Shown here in pieces: positions 1 through 9,589 of a stretch of DNA of 51,398 nt (position 1 is its first letter; every line of letters begins with the position of its first letter). Below the pieces are notes generated by a model that was not told where the DNA came from, did not search any database, and was given only the letters and a program-made list of their open reading frames with translations. A program made the translations under genes and the position numbers. The DNA comes from Patescibacteria group bacterium. Lineage in GTDB: Bacteria; Patescibacteriota; Minisyncoccia; Minisyncoccales; GWA2-38-27. Location of the stretch: the NCBI GenBank assembly GCA_018830125.1, contig JAHJSY010000002.1:1-51398 (forward strand). The letters run 5' to 3'.

Positions 1-182
1 ATATTGATTTCTTGATTTCATGTCCATCATAGATTTGTAATTAAAACTTAGTTATTTAATTACAAATCTTAACTAATTTCGGTTAGAAATTAAATGATGC
101 AAGCGATGTCCTTTTGGTTTGATTTTAGATGAGTTAATACGCACTTCTTGTTTTATTTTTTTGATATGGTATTATGGAGATA

Positions 183-779
183 ATGAATAAGGATTATAGA
201 AAAGTTATTATTGCAATTGTCGTAATTGTTGTTATCGCAATTGCTACCTTTTTGTTCTATAAACAAGAAGCTAATTCCCCAAACGCAGAAGAAGAATCTA
301 GCGATGTTTTGGTATGGATCAATACCGCTAGAGACAAGTATGGTGCAGGGGATGTCGATGGGTCAATAGAGTTTTATTTAAAAGCATTAGAAGTTCAACC
401 AACGAATGTGGTTGCTCTAAATAATCTAGCCGATATATATAGTCAGAAGAAAGAATATGAAAAATCGGAAGAAATATATTTAAAATTAATAGAAAACACG
501 CCCAAGTGGATTAATTCATATAGGTTATTGATGTCTATTTATAAATATCATATTCCAGAAAAGTATCCAGACATGGAGCAAATCTTATTAACAGGAATTG
601 AAAAAACCAGCGATATGAGTGATTATGCCCCAGTTGATTTTTATTCAATGTTGGGTGAATTTTATAGAGAAACGGGAAATATAGAAAAAGCAATTGAATA
701 TTTTGAAATAGTTATGAAATTGTTACCAGATAACGGAGCTGTTGCAGCGGAGATAGAGAGACTTAAAGAATTGAAATAA
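183..779 (+). CDS. Membrane-anchored TPR-repeat protein (paralog 1)
   Basis: N-terminal TM helix then TPR helices (YLKALEVQPTNVVALNNLADIY). ATG183 preferred over 174 because it aligns with the paralog start and lies just after a TTGTTT..TATTAT promoter-like motif. Confidence 0.8.
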   Translation: MNKDYRKVIIAIVVIVVIAIATFLFYKQEANSPNAEEESSDVLVWINTARDKYGAGDVDGSIEFYLKALEVQPTNVVALNNLADIYSQKKEYEKSEEIYLKLIENTPKWINSYRLLMSIYKYHIPEKYPDMEQILLTGIEKTSDMSDYAPVDFYSMLGEFYRETGNIEKAIEYFEIVMKLLPDNGAVAAEIERLKELK

Positions 780-1468
780 TGGATAGGGAATATAGAAAGG
801 TTGTTATATCTATTATAGTTATAGTTATTATTATCGTTGGTATTGGTATATTTTGGAAGTATAAACAAGAAAGCAAATTTAGTCCACTAGAGAGGGATCT
901 TATTTCTTTTTTAGAAAAGCATCCTTTATCGGAAGGGGATCAAGCTAAGCTTAATAATGCTATAAATATCTTAAGAGAAAAACCAAAAGATGTTTCAGCG
1001 TTAATTACTATCGCAGAAATTAGGCAGAAAGTCAAAGATGTAGATGGATCAATAGAGTTTTACTTAAAAGCATTAGAAGTCCAACCAACAAATGTGGTTG
1101 CTCTAAATAATTTAGCAGACCTATATGACCATCAAAAGAAGGAATACGAGAAGTCGGCAGAAATGTATTTAAGATCAATAGAAAATACTCCAGAACAGAT
1201 TAGCGCATATCAATCATTGATGTATATTTATCAACATCGTCTTCCAGAAAAGTATCCAGACATGGAACAAATTTTATTAACGGCTATTGAGAAAAATACT
1301 GATATATCCGAATATGCTCCAGTTGATTTTTATTCAATGCTTGGTGATTTTTATGCCAATGTGGATGAAATAAATAAGGCAATAAAATATTACGAAATAG
1401 CTCTGGGGTTGATGCCAGGTGACGAATCTGTTAAAATAAAGATAGAAAGACTTAAAGAATTAAAATGA
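779..1468 (+). CDS. Membrane-anchored TPR-repeat protein (paralog 2)
   Basis: Shares blocks DVDGSIEFYLKALEVQPTNVVALNNLAD, PEKYPDMEQILLT, YAPVDFYSMLG and IERLKELK with the upstream gene; TAATG stop/start overlap. Confidence 0.8.
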   Translation: MDREYRKVVISIIVIVIIIVGIGIFWKYKQESKFSPLERDLISFLEKHPLSEGDQAKLNNAINILREKPKDVSALITIAEIRQKVKDVDGSIEFYLKALEVQPTNVVALNNLADLYDHQKKEYEKSAEMYLRSIENTPEQISAYQSLMYIYQHRLPEKYPDMEQILLTAIEKNTDISEYAPVDFYSMLGDFYANVDEINKAIKYYEIALGLMPGDESVKIKIERLKELK

Positions 1469-1472
1469 TACT

Positions 1473-2513
1473 ATGACAAAAAAATACTTTATAATAACAT
1501 TAGCTTTACTATTAAGTCCTATTTTAGTTGAAGCTATGAATGTTAGCGATATTACAATCAATGAAGCACCTAGTGCTTATTTTTATAAACAAGAATTTGA
1601 TAAATTAGTACTTGATATAACTATTCCTGGTTCTGATAGTTTATCGGCAATAACAATAAAAAACGAAGGGAACGCTGTAGATAGATATGATATTGATAAA
1701 TTTGTTCTTTGGAAAGATGCTGGCCAAAACGGATTTCAAGGAATGGGGAAAGATGAAGAAATAGGGGACTTTGAATATGATGCTAATAATAGAATATGGT
1801 ATGTAAAAGATTTAGATGTTGTTATCCCCGAACAAGGATTAAGGATTTTTGTTAGTGTTGAAGTTGCTAGGGGCATGACAAATGGAAGATATGTACAGAT
1901 TAAAATACCTGAATTAGATGATGTGGATAATGATGGAAATTTTGACATAGGAGATTTTGGCATTTTTTTAGAGTCACGAAATAATGGCCCAGTTGACGGA
2001 AGTATTATTAATTCTGCTAGTCAAACTTTAAAATCTTCTAGCACTAGAGATAATTCTTCTCCGGTATCAATTATAGATAGCACAGGAGATGTTACCACAG
2101 AAAGTTATACAATCACTGGTCAGTCGCGAGATCAGGGTGGTTCTTCTCCTGCCTGGGTGAAGGTAGAGATTAATAATGTCTTATATGATGTTGAAGACAC
2201 AGGAACTAATTATTCTACCTGGAAGTATGAATGGGAGAATATTACCGAAGGAACATATACAATAAAAACCCAATCAGCCGATTGGTTGAATAACATAGAA
2301 ACAGAAGGGGATAGTATTACAGTAATTGTTGATTTCCCCGACGAAGAGGAGACACCAATAGATAAACCTCCCGTTGAAGAACCTCCCGTTGAAGAACCGG
2401 AATTAACCCCGGAAGAACAGATAAGAGCTCAAATAAAAGAGATTCAAGAACAAATTATAGATTTACTTAATCAACTTATCCAGATTTATCTACAAGAGCT
2501 GGATTCTATTTAA
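1473..2513 (+). CDS. Secreted/surface protein with Ig-like domain, Pro/Glu linker and C-terminal coiled coil
   Basis: Signal peptide (..ILVEA), beta-rich body, Big-like segment (YTITGQSRD..WKYEW..GTYTIKTQSAD), PPVEE repeats, amphipathic C-terminal helix. Confidence 0.6.
   Translation: MTKKYFIITLALLLSPILVEAMNVSDITINEAPSAYFYKQEFDKLVLDITIPGSDSLSAITIKNEGNAVDRYDIDKFVLWKDAGQNGFQGMGKDEEIGDFEYDANNRIWYVKDLDVVIPEQGLRIFVSVEVARGMTNGRYVQIKIPELDDVDNDGNFDIGDFGIFLESRNNGPVDGSIINSASQTLKSSSTRDNSSPVSIIDSTGDVTTESYTITGQSRDQGGSSPAWVKVEINNVLYDVEDTGTNYSTWKYEWENITEGTYTIKTQSADWLNNIETEGDSITVIVDFPDEEETPIDKPPVEEPPVEEPELTPEEQIRAQIKEIQEQIIDLLNQLIQIYLQELDSI
2365..2398 (+). repeat. 15-bp tandem repeat (aacctcccgttgaag x2+) encoding the PPVEE linker
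   Basis: Seen directly in sequence. Confidence 0.85.
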
Positions 2514-4710
2514 GTTGTTTCATTGCGTTATTTACAATTTCACTATATTTAGGATAATGTTCTAATAAATAATCAGCTAATTTTTTAGCTTCTTCTACTC
2601 GCTCTTGTTTTATGTAACAAGCGAGTGCTTTAATGTTATAATCAATATTCTCAATTCTTGATGTGTATAATTTATAAATTATTTCACATATCTCTTCGTA
2701 ATATCTTATACTATCTTCGATGCTTGCGTATGTAGTAAGAAGCTCTGAAAGAGATCCTTCGGAATTAATCGGATAATTTTTCTCTCCAGCTGTCTGTATA
2801 TTCTTTTTGGCTTCATCAATTTCTTCCGAAAGAATGTTTATTTCAGCCATAGTCCACCAACATCTTCCCATTTCGGGATTTAAACCAATACACTTTTGTA
2901 TTTTTTCTTTTGCCGTTTGATAGTCGCCAGTTATAATATAGGTTCGTGCCCAATAGATGAGTATATCTTGATGTTTAGGACTTAACTCATTAGCTTTCTC
3001 GAATGCCTTATGAGCTCCTTCTGTCCATTCTTGCGTGTATTCTGGATAAGCATGCTGATAATTTTCAAGCAATACATTGTAGTAATTTCCAAGTAGGATC
3101 CAATATCTAGTGTAATCAGGTCTTATTTCTAGGGCCTGTTTTGCTATCTTAATTCCTTGTGGTGCTAAAGTTATGGTTTTGTTTGGTTCTTTGAAAATAT
3201 AGGTATTTATAATTTCAAGATAAGTCGCTCTCAAATATTCATTTAAAAAGGTGTTAGAGGGCAGAACATCGTCTATCGTTCTCAAGGCCGTCTCCATCTG
3301 TGATCTGTTTAATGAATGATCGGCCTTATTAATTTCTGTGTTTATCTGAAAGGGTCTGATGTTATAAAACCAGGTAAAACTTACTAGCCCTACAAAAAGA
3401 ATAAAGATTATGGGATATTTAAACTTATTTTTTAGTTTTATAGCAATAATTCTTTCGGGAATATCTTTGGTTATTAAGCTCAAAGAAAAAGCAACTAATA
3501 AAAAGAACATTATATAAGTTGAGAAGACATCAAATCCAAAAAGATTAGCAGTAAGATAGGCAATAAATAATGCTTGAAGAGAATGGCAGATTAAGGCATC
3601 TTCCGGTCGCTTCTTCTTTATTTTTTGCAGTTCGTAAATCAAAAAAACAAATAGAGAGATATATATAGCTAAGGCTGGTATGCCAGCAGTAACTCCTATA
3701 TCAAACAAGATGCTATGTGCTCGGTCGTAATATGTTAGACCTGGCCCTTCTACGGCAATCATTCTTGGAAGCGAAGGATCATAGTATTTATCAAAAGCAA
3801 TAGAAAAGTTTTCTGGCCCATATCCTAAGAGTGGTTTATTGATTATGCCTTGAGAAGATATTCTCCAGACGGAAAAGCGGGGATCATTTAAGGCTTTTTC
3901 AACATCTAGTCTCCTAATAAGTGGAGGTGCAGTTTCGGAAGGGAAAATATTTACCCAAGCAACAAGAAGAACAATTATAATAAGTAAAATTGCTAAGGCC
4001 CTCTTTGATTTTAGAAAAAAGTAGGCTAGGCCCATGGCTAATCCCAAAAGAGTGGCTCGACTGATAGTGAGAAAAATAACAAAAAGAAAAAGTGTTAATA
4101 TCGGAAAATAAAAGAACCATTTTCTGTCCAAGTTTTTGATTGATTTTATTGTGAACATTAAGGTTATAAAGAATAATAACAAAAGATACACTCCCAAAAA
4201 TGTTGAGCCACCGATGGTTGACCACGGCTCCTCTGTTTTAATAAATATTTTTGGAAAGAATCCAAATTTTTGGAAAATAGCAATAAATGAAATTAGAATG
4301 CCAATTATTAAAGAAAAATTAAGTATTTTTGACCAATCAGTCTTTCTTATAACAAGAAAAGCTAATATAGCAAAGAGAATATAAGAGGCAAAGTTTAAAA
4401 ATCCTCCTGATCTATAAGGATTGCCCCAAAAGCTAAAGGATGGATCTATTGAAAAAATAGTAGCTAAGCCAAAAACACCTAATAATCCAATTGAAGACCA
4501 AAGAGCTTTTGACGTCTTAATGGCGAATTTTTCTTTAACTAGCGTTTGAGCTATAAATAGAAATAATAATATAGCCAAGATACTTCTAAAGACAATAGTC
4601 TTTCCCCAATCAGGAGGAGAAAACCAAGGAGGCAAATTCAAAAGAGGAAGAGCTAAGATTATAAAAAATCCTATTAAATATATCCATAATAATTTATTTG
4701 TTTTTTCCAT
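2506..4710 (-). CDS. O-antigen ligase/O-oligosaccharyltransferase-like (Wzy_C) membrane protein with C-terminal TPRs
   Basis: Many TM helices, TISRAT, PLLGYGPENF and DRAHS motifs typical of Wzy_C/PglL; TPR-like C-terminus. Confidence 0.8.
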   Translation of the reverse strand: MEKTNKLLWIYLIGFFIILALPLLNLPPWFSPPDWGKTIVFRSILAILLFLFIAQTLVKEKFAIKTSKALWSSIGLLGVFGLATIFSIDPSFSFWGNPYRSGGFLNFASYILFAILAFLVIRKTDWSKILNFSLIIGILISFIAIFQKFGFFPKIFIKTEEPWSTIGGSTFLGVYLLLLFFITLMFTIKSIKNLDRKWFFYFPILTLFLFVIFLTISRATLLGLAMGLAYFFLKSKRALAILLIIIVLLVAWVNIFPSETAPPLIRRLDVEKALNDPRFSVWRISSQGIINKPLLGYGPENFSIAFDKYYDPSLPRMIAVEGPGLTYYDRAHSILFDIGVTAGIPALAIYISLFVFLIYELQKIKKKRPEDALICHSLQALFIAYLTANLFGFDVFSTYIMFFLLVAFSLSLITKDIPERIIAIKLKNKFKYPIIFILFVGLVSFTWFYNIRPFQINTEINKADHSLNRSQMETALRTIDDVLPSNTFLNEYLRATYLEIINTYIFKEPNKTITLAPQGIKIAKQALEIRPDYTRYWILLGNYYNVLLENYQHAYPEYTQEWTEGAHKAFEKANELSPKHQDILIYWARTYIITGDYQTAKEKIQKCIGLNPEMGRCWWTMAEINILSEEIDEAKKNIQTAGEKNYPINSEGSLSELLTTYASIEDSIRYYEEICEIIYKLYTSRIENIDYNIKALACYIKQERVEEAKKLADYLLEHYPKYSEIVNNAMKQLK

Positions 4711-4722
4711 GTTTTCGTAAGA

Positions 4723-5532
4723 TTATTCTTTATTAAATCTAGGATGGCTTAAAAATTCTTCAGCTTTATCTGTTTTATTAATTTTTTTTGCTATATCAAT
4801 ATAACTACTTTCGAGATATGGGAAATTTTCCCCGAGGCGTTCTGCTATAAGCCTATCTTCAATAATATAGAAAAGCACCTCATAGCATTCCAAATTATTG
4901 TTTGTTTCGCAAGCATTGTATATTTGAGAAAGATATTTTTCTGTGGAAAAGTCGCGGTCTCTTTCACCGGCTATTCGAATATCAATCTTAGCTTGCTTAA
5001 TATCATTCAAATAGAAGTTAGAAATAATCTTTGACCACCAACAACTTCTGGAAGCCGGACTTATATTAATGCACTCTTCAACATTGCTTAAGACCAGCGG
5101 ATAATTTTTTAAAGCCATGTTTATTTTAATTCTTCCAACAAAAATTTCTTCTCTCTTCGGACTTAATTCAGAGGCCTTATCAAAATAACTTTTATCCCCA
5201 GTATAATTTCCGAGAAAAATCCAGGTTCTAGTATAATATGGTCTTATTTCGGTTACTTTCTTTAATAATTCAATTGCTTCTGGCGTTCTAGCGTTGCAAC
5301 GCTCAATAATGCTAATATACTTTAATTTTGCGTAACTGTCTATGGTGCTTGGATTATAAATAACTTTAGATCTCATTAAATCAAGGGCTTCCTTGCATTT
5401 ACCTGTTCTAACATAATGGTCAGCCATATTAATGTCCTTGTTTATATATAGTGGCTTTAACCCAGCATACCAAATAAAACCCAATAAGAAAATAAACAAA
5501 ATAGAGAATATTATAGATTTAGTTGGATTCAT
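4723..5532 (-). CDS. TM + TPR protein; C-terminal half of a split O-antigen-ligase/TPR paralog
   Basis: Aligns with the C-terminal part of 2506..4710 (EIRPYYTRTWIFLGNY vs EIRPDYTRYWILLGNY; KASELSPK vs KANELSPK). Confidence 0.7.
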   Translation of the reverse strand: MNPTKSIIFSILFIFLLGFIWYAGLKPLYINKDINMADHYVRTGKCKEALDLMRSKVIYNPSTIDSYAKLKYISIIERCNARTPEAIELLKKVTEIRPYYTRTWIFLGNYTGDKSYFDKASELSPKREEIFVGRIKINMALKNYPLVLSNVEECINISPASRSCWWSKIISNFYLNDIKQAKIDIRIAGERDRDFSTEKYLSQIYNACETNNNLECYEVLFYIIEDRLIAERLGENFPYLESSYIDIAKKINKTDKAEEFLSHPRFNKE

Positions 5533-6808
5533 TTGATTGTATCAGGCTTAGAGAATAGCCGATTATTAAAAAGAATATTAAATAAGTAGAAAATACATCA
5601 AAGCTAAATATATTAGCACTTAAATAGGCAAAGAATGTTGCTTGGATTCCATGGATAATAAAAGTATTCGGGCCATATTTTATTTTTTGTAATTTCCAAA
5701 AAAGAACTCCAATAAGAGCTAGATATATTAATAAAGCAGGAATACCATAAGTAATGCCCATTTCAAAAATAAAATTGTGAGCTCTGTCATACCAACTTCC
5801 CCATTCTTTACTAATAAACGGTAACGAAGGATTATAGTATCTGTCAAAAGCAATAGAGAAGTTTTCTGGCCCATATCCTAAAATAGGGTAATCCTTAATA
5901 GCTTCAGCGGAAACAACCCAAGCGGAAAAGCGAGGATCATCTACGGCTAATTTGATTGAAAGACGACTGAAAACAGAATCAATTACCCGGGGGTTAGTAT
6001 TGAGGTAATAAATACCGCAAGCTCCCAATATAGTCAAAACAAGAAAAGATATTTTAATAGCGAGGATTAATTTATTTTTTTTAGGAAATGTTAAAATAAA
6101 ATAAACAAGGCCGATGAATAAACCAAACCAGATAGCTCGGCTACTGGTAAGTAGGATGATATAGACAAATAGAGAAGAAGTTAATAAATAAAACATCTTT
6201 CTCTTTAGCTCCTTCTCTTTTAGAAAAAAAGAAAAAGTTATGAAAATAAGCAGTAGAAGATAAAGAGCTAAAAATATTGGACCACCCAAAGTTCCCGGAG
6301 GTCTCCCGTCATAAGTTTTTACGGTTTTTTCAAAAAAGCCGAATTTTTGGGAAAGAGCTATAATTGAAACCAAAACTCCAATAATTATATTAAATTTCCA
6401 AATCTTTTCCCAATCAGTTTTTTTAATAATTAAAAAAGTTAAAATAGCAAAGAGAATATAAAAGATGTAATTTAAAGATCCGTCGGCTCTAAGAGGGGAG
6501 CCCCAAAAACTAAAATTAGGATCTAAAGAAAAAATAGTACTTAAAATAACTAATCCCAAAAAACCAATTAGCAACCAAATTGGCCAAAAAACATCGCTTC
6601 CTTTAGACAGCGCTTTCTTAATGATCGTTTGGAAAGTCTTATATTCATAAATTGAGATAAAGATTAAAGTAGCTAGAATTATTCTAAAGATAATAGCCTT
6701 ACCCCAAGCAGTTGGATTAAGTACGGCAGGCGTAGTTATCACCGGCAAAGCCAAAATCGCCAAAAACCCATAAAAATAATATTTATACCATTTATTATTG
6801 CTATCCAT
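5519..6808 (-). CDS. O-antigen ligase-like (Wzy_C) membrane protein; N-terminal half of the split paralog
   Basis: TSSRAI, PILGYGPENF, DRAHN motifs; strongly similar to the N-terminal ~410 aa of 2506..4710. Confidence 0.8.
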   Translation of the reverse strand: MDSNNKWYKYYFYGFLAILALPVITTPAVLNPTAWGKAIIFRIILATLIFISIYEYKTFQTIIKKALSKGSDVFWPIWLLIGFLGLVILSTIFSLDPNFSFWGSPLRADGSLNYIFYILFAILTFLIIKKTDWEKIWKFNIIIGVLVSIIALSQKFGFFEKTVKTYDGRPPGTLGGPIFLALYLLLLIFITFSFFLKEKELKRKMFYLLTSSLFVYIILLTSSRAIWFGLFIGLVYFILTFPKKNKLILAIKISFLVLTILGACGIYYLNTNPRVIDSVFSRLSIKLAVDDPRFSAWVVSAEAIKDYPILGYGPENFSIAFDRYYNPSLPFISKEWGSWYDRAHNFIFEMGITYGIPALLIYLALIGVLFWKLQKIKYGPNTFIIHGIQATFFAYLSANIFSFDVFSTYLIFFLIIGYSLSLIQSNESN

Positions 6809-6832
6809 ATTGTTTTATGATACAAGAGAAAC

Positions 6833-7561
6833 ATGAAGAATACAAACCTGAAAAACTATAAAGCGGTTATTTTGGCTGGGGGGAAGGGGACACGACTTTA
6901 TCCGATTACTAGGGAAATTCCGAAGCCATTGCTTCCTATAAATAAAAAGCCAATTATTAATTACTTGGTGGATTTATTTAAGAGTTACGGAATTAAAGAA
7001 ATAGCTGTTTTGGTTGGAGGGAAAGATAGGCAGGATTTTGAATGGTGGAAAAAAAGATATTACCCTTCGGCAAAATCAGGGCAAGCTCCTATTATTAGAT
7101 TGGTATTAGAAGATAAACCGCTAGGAACCTTTGGTGGTCTTTACTTGTTAAAAGAATGGATAGGGAAGAGTAAATTCTTTTTGACTAATGGCGATGAATT
7201 AAAAATGATAGATTTAGATAAAATGGCTGATTCCCATAATAATTTAGCAACGATAGCTTTGGTTGAAGTAGAGAATCCTCAAGATTATGGGGTGGTTGTT
7301 TGTGATGACGGAAAAGTGAGTGAATTTTTAGAGAAGCCGGAAAATCCTGTTTCTAATTATATTAATTCGGGACTTTACTTGTTAAGCCCAGAAATATTAG
7401 AATATTGCAGACCAGAATTTTTGATGATAGAAAAAGATATATTCCCTAAGCTTGCCGAACGGGGAGATTTATCGGGGTTTAAGTTTAATGGCTATTGGAC
7501 CGATTGTGGAACTTGGGAAAGGTACGAAAGAGCCCTTAATGACCCTATTGACACTTGTTGA
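6833..7561 (+). CDS. Sugar-phosphate nucleotidyltransferase (mannose-1-P guanylyltransferase-like)
   Basis: AVILAGGKGTRLYP..PKPLLPI, EKP, INSGLY, WTDCGT motifs. Confidence 0.85.
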   Translation: MKNTNLKNYKAVILAGGKGTRLYPITREIPKPLLPINKKPIINYLVDLFKSYGIKEIAVLVGGKDRQDFEWWKKRYYPSAKSGQAPIIRLVLEDKPLGTFGGLYLLKEWIGKSKFFLTNGDELKMIDLDKMADSHNNLATIALVEVENPQDYGVVVCDDGKVSEFLEKPENPVSNYINSGLYLLSPEILEYCRPEFLMIEKDIFPKLAERGDLSGFKFNGYWTDCGTWERYERALNDPIDTC

Positions 7562-7576
7562 TACTTTCTTTAAAAT
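7548..7576 (+). promoter_or_regulatory. Sigma70-type promoter TTGACA-N17-TAAAAT for a leaderless transcript heading the glycan operon
   Basis: Near-consensus hexamers; ATG 7 nt after the -10; direct repeats TTGA(C/T)ACTT at 7548 and 7558. Confidence 0.7.
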
Positions 7577-7583
7577 AAATATA

Positions 7584-7832
7584 ATGGATAAAGACATAAA
7601 ACCAAATCAAATATATACCACCGAAGAAGCTCAAAAATACTTAAAAGTAAGCAACAGCACCATTAAGAGATTGTTAAAAAATGGTATTCTTAGAGCCAAT
7701 AAAGTTGGTGGTCGTTATAAAATATTGGGTAGCGAGATGATTATATTGGTTTCACCAAAAGCAGAAAAGAAAGCTAGAAAATTATATTTTAATTTAAAAA
7801 CTAAAACTCAAAACGTTATTAAAAAATGGTAA
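7584..7832 (+). CDS. Excisionase/MerR-like HTH (HTH_17) DNA-binding protein
   Basis: IYTTEEAQKYLKVSNSTIKRLLKNGILRANKVGGRYKI motif; start reassigned to ATG7584. Confidence 0.8.
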   Translation: MDKDIKPNQIYTTEEAQKYLKVSNSTIKRLLKNGILRANKVGGRYKILGSEMIILVSPKAEKKARKLYFNLKTKTQNVIKKW

Positions 7833-7846
7833 CCTAGCAAAAATAT

Positions 7847-8761
7847 ATGGCAAAAATTATTGTTACTGGTGGCGCTGGTTTTATCGGGGGTCACTTAGTA
7901 GATAGATTAATAAAAGATGGTCATCAGGTAGTTGTGCTTGATGATTTATCTGGTGGCAAGAAAGAAAACGTTAATTCTCAAGCCGAATTTCACGAAGTAG
8001 ATATTTGTGATTTCGATAAAATTAATCCCTTGTTTGAAGGGGTTGATTGTGTTTTTCATGAAGCGGCCATCCCAAGAGTTCCAGTATCTATCGAAGATCC
8101 CATAGGAACTTCAAAAGCTAATATTATGGGAACTATTAGCGTTTTTAAAGCAGCTAAAGATAATAATGTTAAAAGGGTGATTATTGCCTCATCGTCTTCT
8201 GTTTATGGAAATCAAAAAGAGCTTCCCTTAAGAGAAGGCATGGTGCCAGGACCTATTAGCCCCTATGCATTGCAAAAGTACGTTGATGAACAATTTGCTA
8301 AAATGTTTACCGACTTGTATAAATTGCCAGTTGTTTGTTTAAGGTATTTTAATGTTTACGGCACAAGAATTGATCCGACCAGTGAATATAGTTTAGTTTT
8401 AGGAAAGTTTTTAACCCTTAATAGCCAAAATAAATCATTAACAATATTTGGCGATGGTGAACAAACAAGAGGTTTTTGTTATGTTGACGATGTTGTAGAA
8501 GCGAACATAAAGGCGATGACGAGTGAAAAATTAAAAGGCGGAGAAATAATCAATATCGGAAGTAATAAATCCCACTCAATTAATTATTTAGCTAGTTTAA
8601 TTAGTGATAGAATCGAATATTTACCAGCACGAATGGGTGATATTTTACATACCAACGCTGATATTAGTTTAGCCAAAGAACTTCTTGGCTGGGAACCTAA
8701 AATAGAATTTAATCAAGGCATTCAAATCGTCAAAGATTGGTTTAATAATTTTAATAACTAA
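7847..8761 (+). CDS. NAD-dependent UDP-sugar 4-epimerase/dehydratase (SDR)
   Basis: TGGAGFIG, ASSSSVYG, YALQK (YxxxK), RYFNVYG, GDGEQTR. Confidence 0.9.
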   Translation: MAKIIVTGGAGFIGGHLVDRLIKDGHQVVVLDDLSGGKKENVNSQAEFHEVDICDFDKINPLFEGVDCVFHEAAIPRVPVSIEDPIGTSKANIMGTISVFKAAKDNNVKRVIIASSSSVYGNQKELPLREGMVPGPISPYALQKYVDEQFAKMFTDLYKLPVVCLRYFNVYGTRIDPTSEYSLVLGKFLTLNSQNKSLTIFGDGEQTRGFCYVDDVVEANIKAMTSEKLKGGEIINIGSNKSHSINYLASLISDRIEYLPARMGDILHTNADISLAKELLGWEPKIEFNQGIQIVKDWFNNFNN

Positions 8762-8766
8762 GCAAC

Positions 8767-9588
8767 ATGGAAATAAAACAAAAAATAGGAATTGTTGGTG
8801 TTGGAATGGTTGGTGGGGCATTAAAAAACTACTTTGAAAAACAAGGAGCAAAGCTTCTTGTATATGACAAGGGGAAAAACCTTGGATCTATGAATGAAGT
8901 TAATCAAGCAGACATTATCTTTATTTGTGTTCCGACGCCCTTTGATAAAGAAAAACAAAGTTTTGATTTATCTTATGTCGAAGAATCTTGCGATAATATT
9001 TCTGGGAATAAAATAATAGTCATTAAATCAACAGTAGTGCCAAGGACAACTCAAAAACTTCAAGAAAAATATCCTCAACATAAGTTTTTGTTTAACCCCG
9101 AATTTCTAACAGAAATAACTGCGGAGCAAGATATGAATTATCCTGATCGCCAAATTATTGGTTATACAGATAAAAGTTTTACTATAGCCGGAGATCTAAT
9201 GCAAATTTTACCATTAGCTTCTTTTGAAAGAATAATTCCAAGCACCGAGGCCGAAATGGTAAAATATTTTGGCAATAATTGGTTTGCCGTAAAAGTGGCT
9301 TTTGCTAACCAAATGTATGATTTATGTAAAAAAATAAATATTGATTATGATAGGGTAATGGAATCATCGGCTGCTGATAAAAGAATTGGCCGAAGTCATC
9401 TAGAAGCGATGCATAAGAGTTATCGGGGATATGGTGGCAAATGTTTACCAAAAGACATTAAGGCGCTAATTAGGTTTGCTGATGATCGAGGTGTTGATTT
9501 AAAATTACATAAAACAGCCGAGAAAATTAATAATGATTTAATGCAACAACAAGGAATAGAGGATCCAGAAAAGTTTTCTGTTAGATAA
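8767..9588 (+). CDS. UDP-glucose/GDP-mannose dehydrogenase family protein (short form)
   Basis: GVGMVG, CVPTP, IKSTV, NPEFL, AEMVKY, GYGGKCLPKD; lacks the usual C-terminal domain. Confidence 0.85.
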   Translation: MEIKQKIGIVGVGMVGGALKNYFEKQGAKLLVYDKGKNLGSMNEVNQADIIFICVPTPFDKEKQSFDLSYVEESCDNISGNKIIVIKSTVVPRTTQKLQEKYPQHKFLFNPEFLTEITAEQDMNYPDRQIIGYTDKSFTIAGDLMQILPLASFERIIPSTEAEMVKYFGNNWFAVKVAFANQMYDLCKKINIDYDRVMESSAADKRIGRSHLEAMHKSYRGYGGKCLPKDIKALIRFADDRGVDLKLHKTAEKINNDLMQQQGIEDPEKFSVR

Positions 9589-9589
9589 T

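Noticed and set aside
351..1130. DGR template/variable repeat pair between the TPR paralogs
   Set aside because: Differences are mostly synonymous and not adenine-specific; no reverse transcriptase in the window.
7452..7832. Prophage/ICE excisionase marking a mobile element
   Set aside because: No integrase or att-like context; the gene is the first cistron of the glycan operon, so a regulatory role is more plausible. The 7452 start is an artefact.
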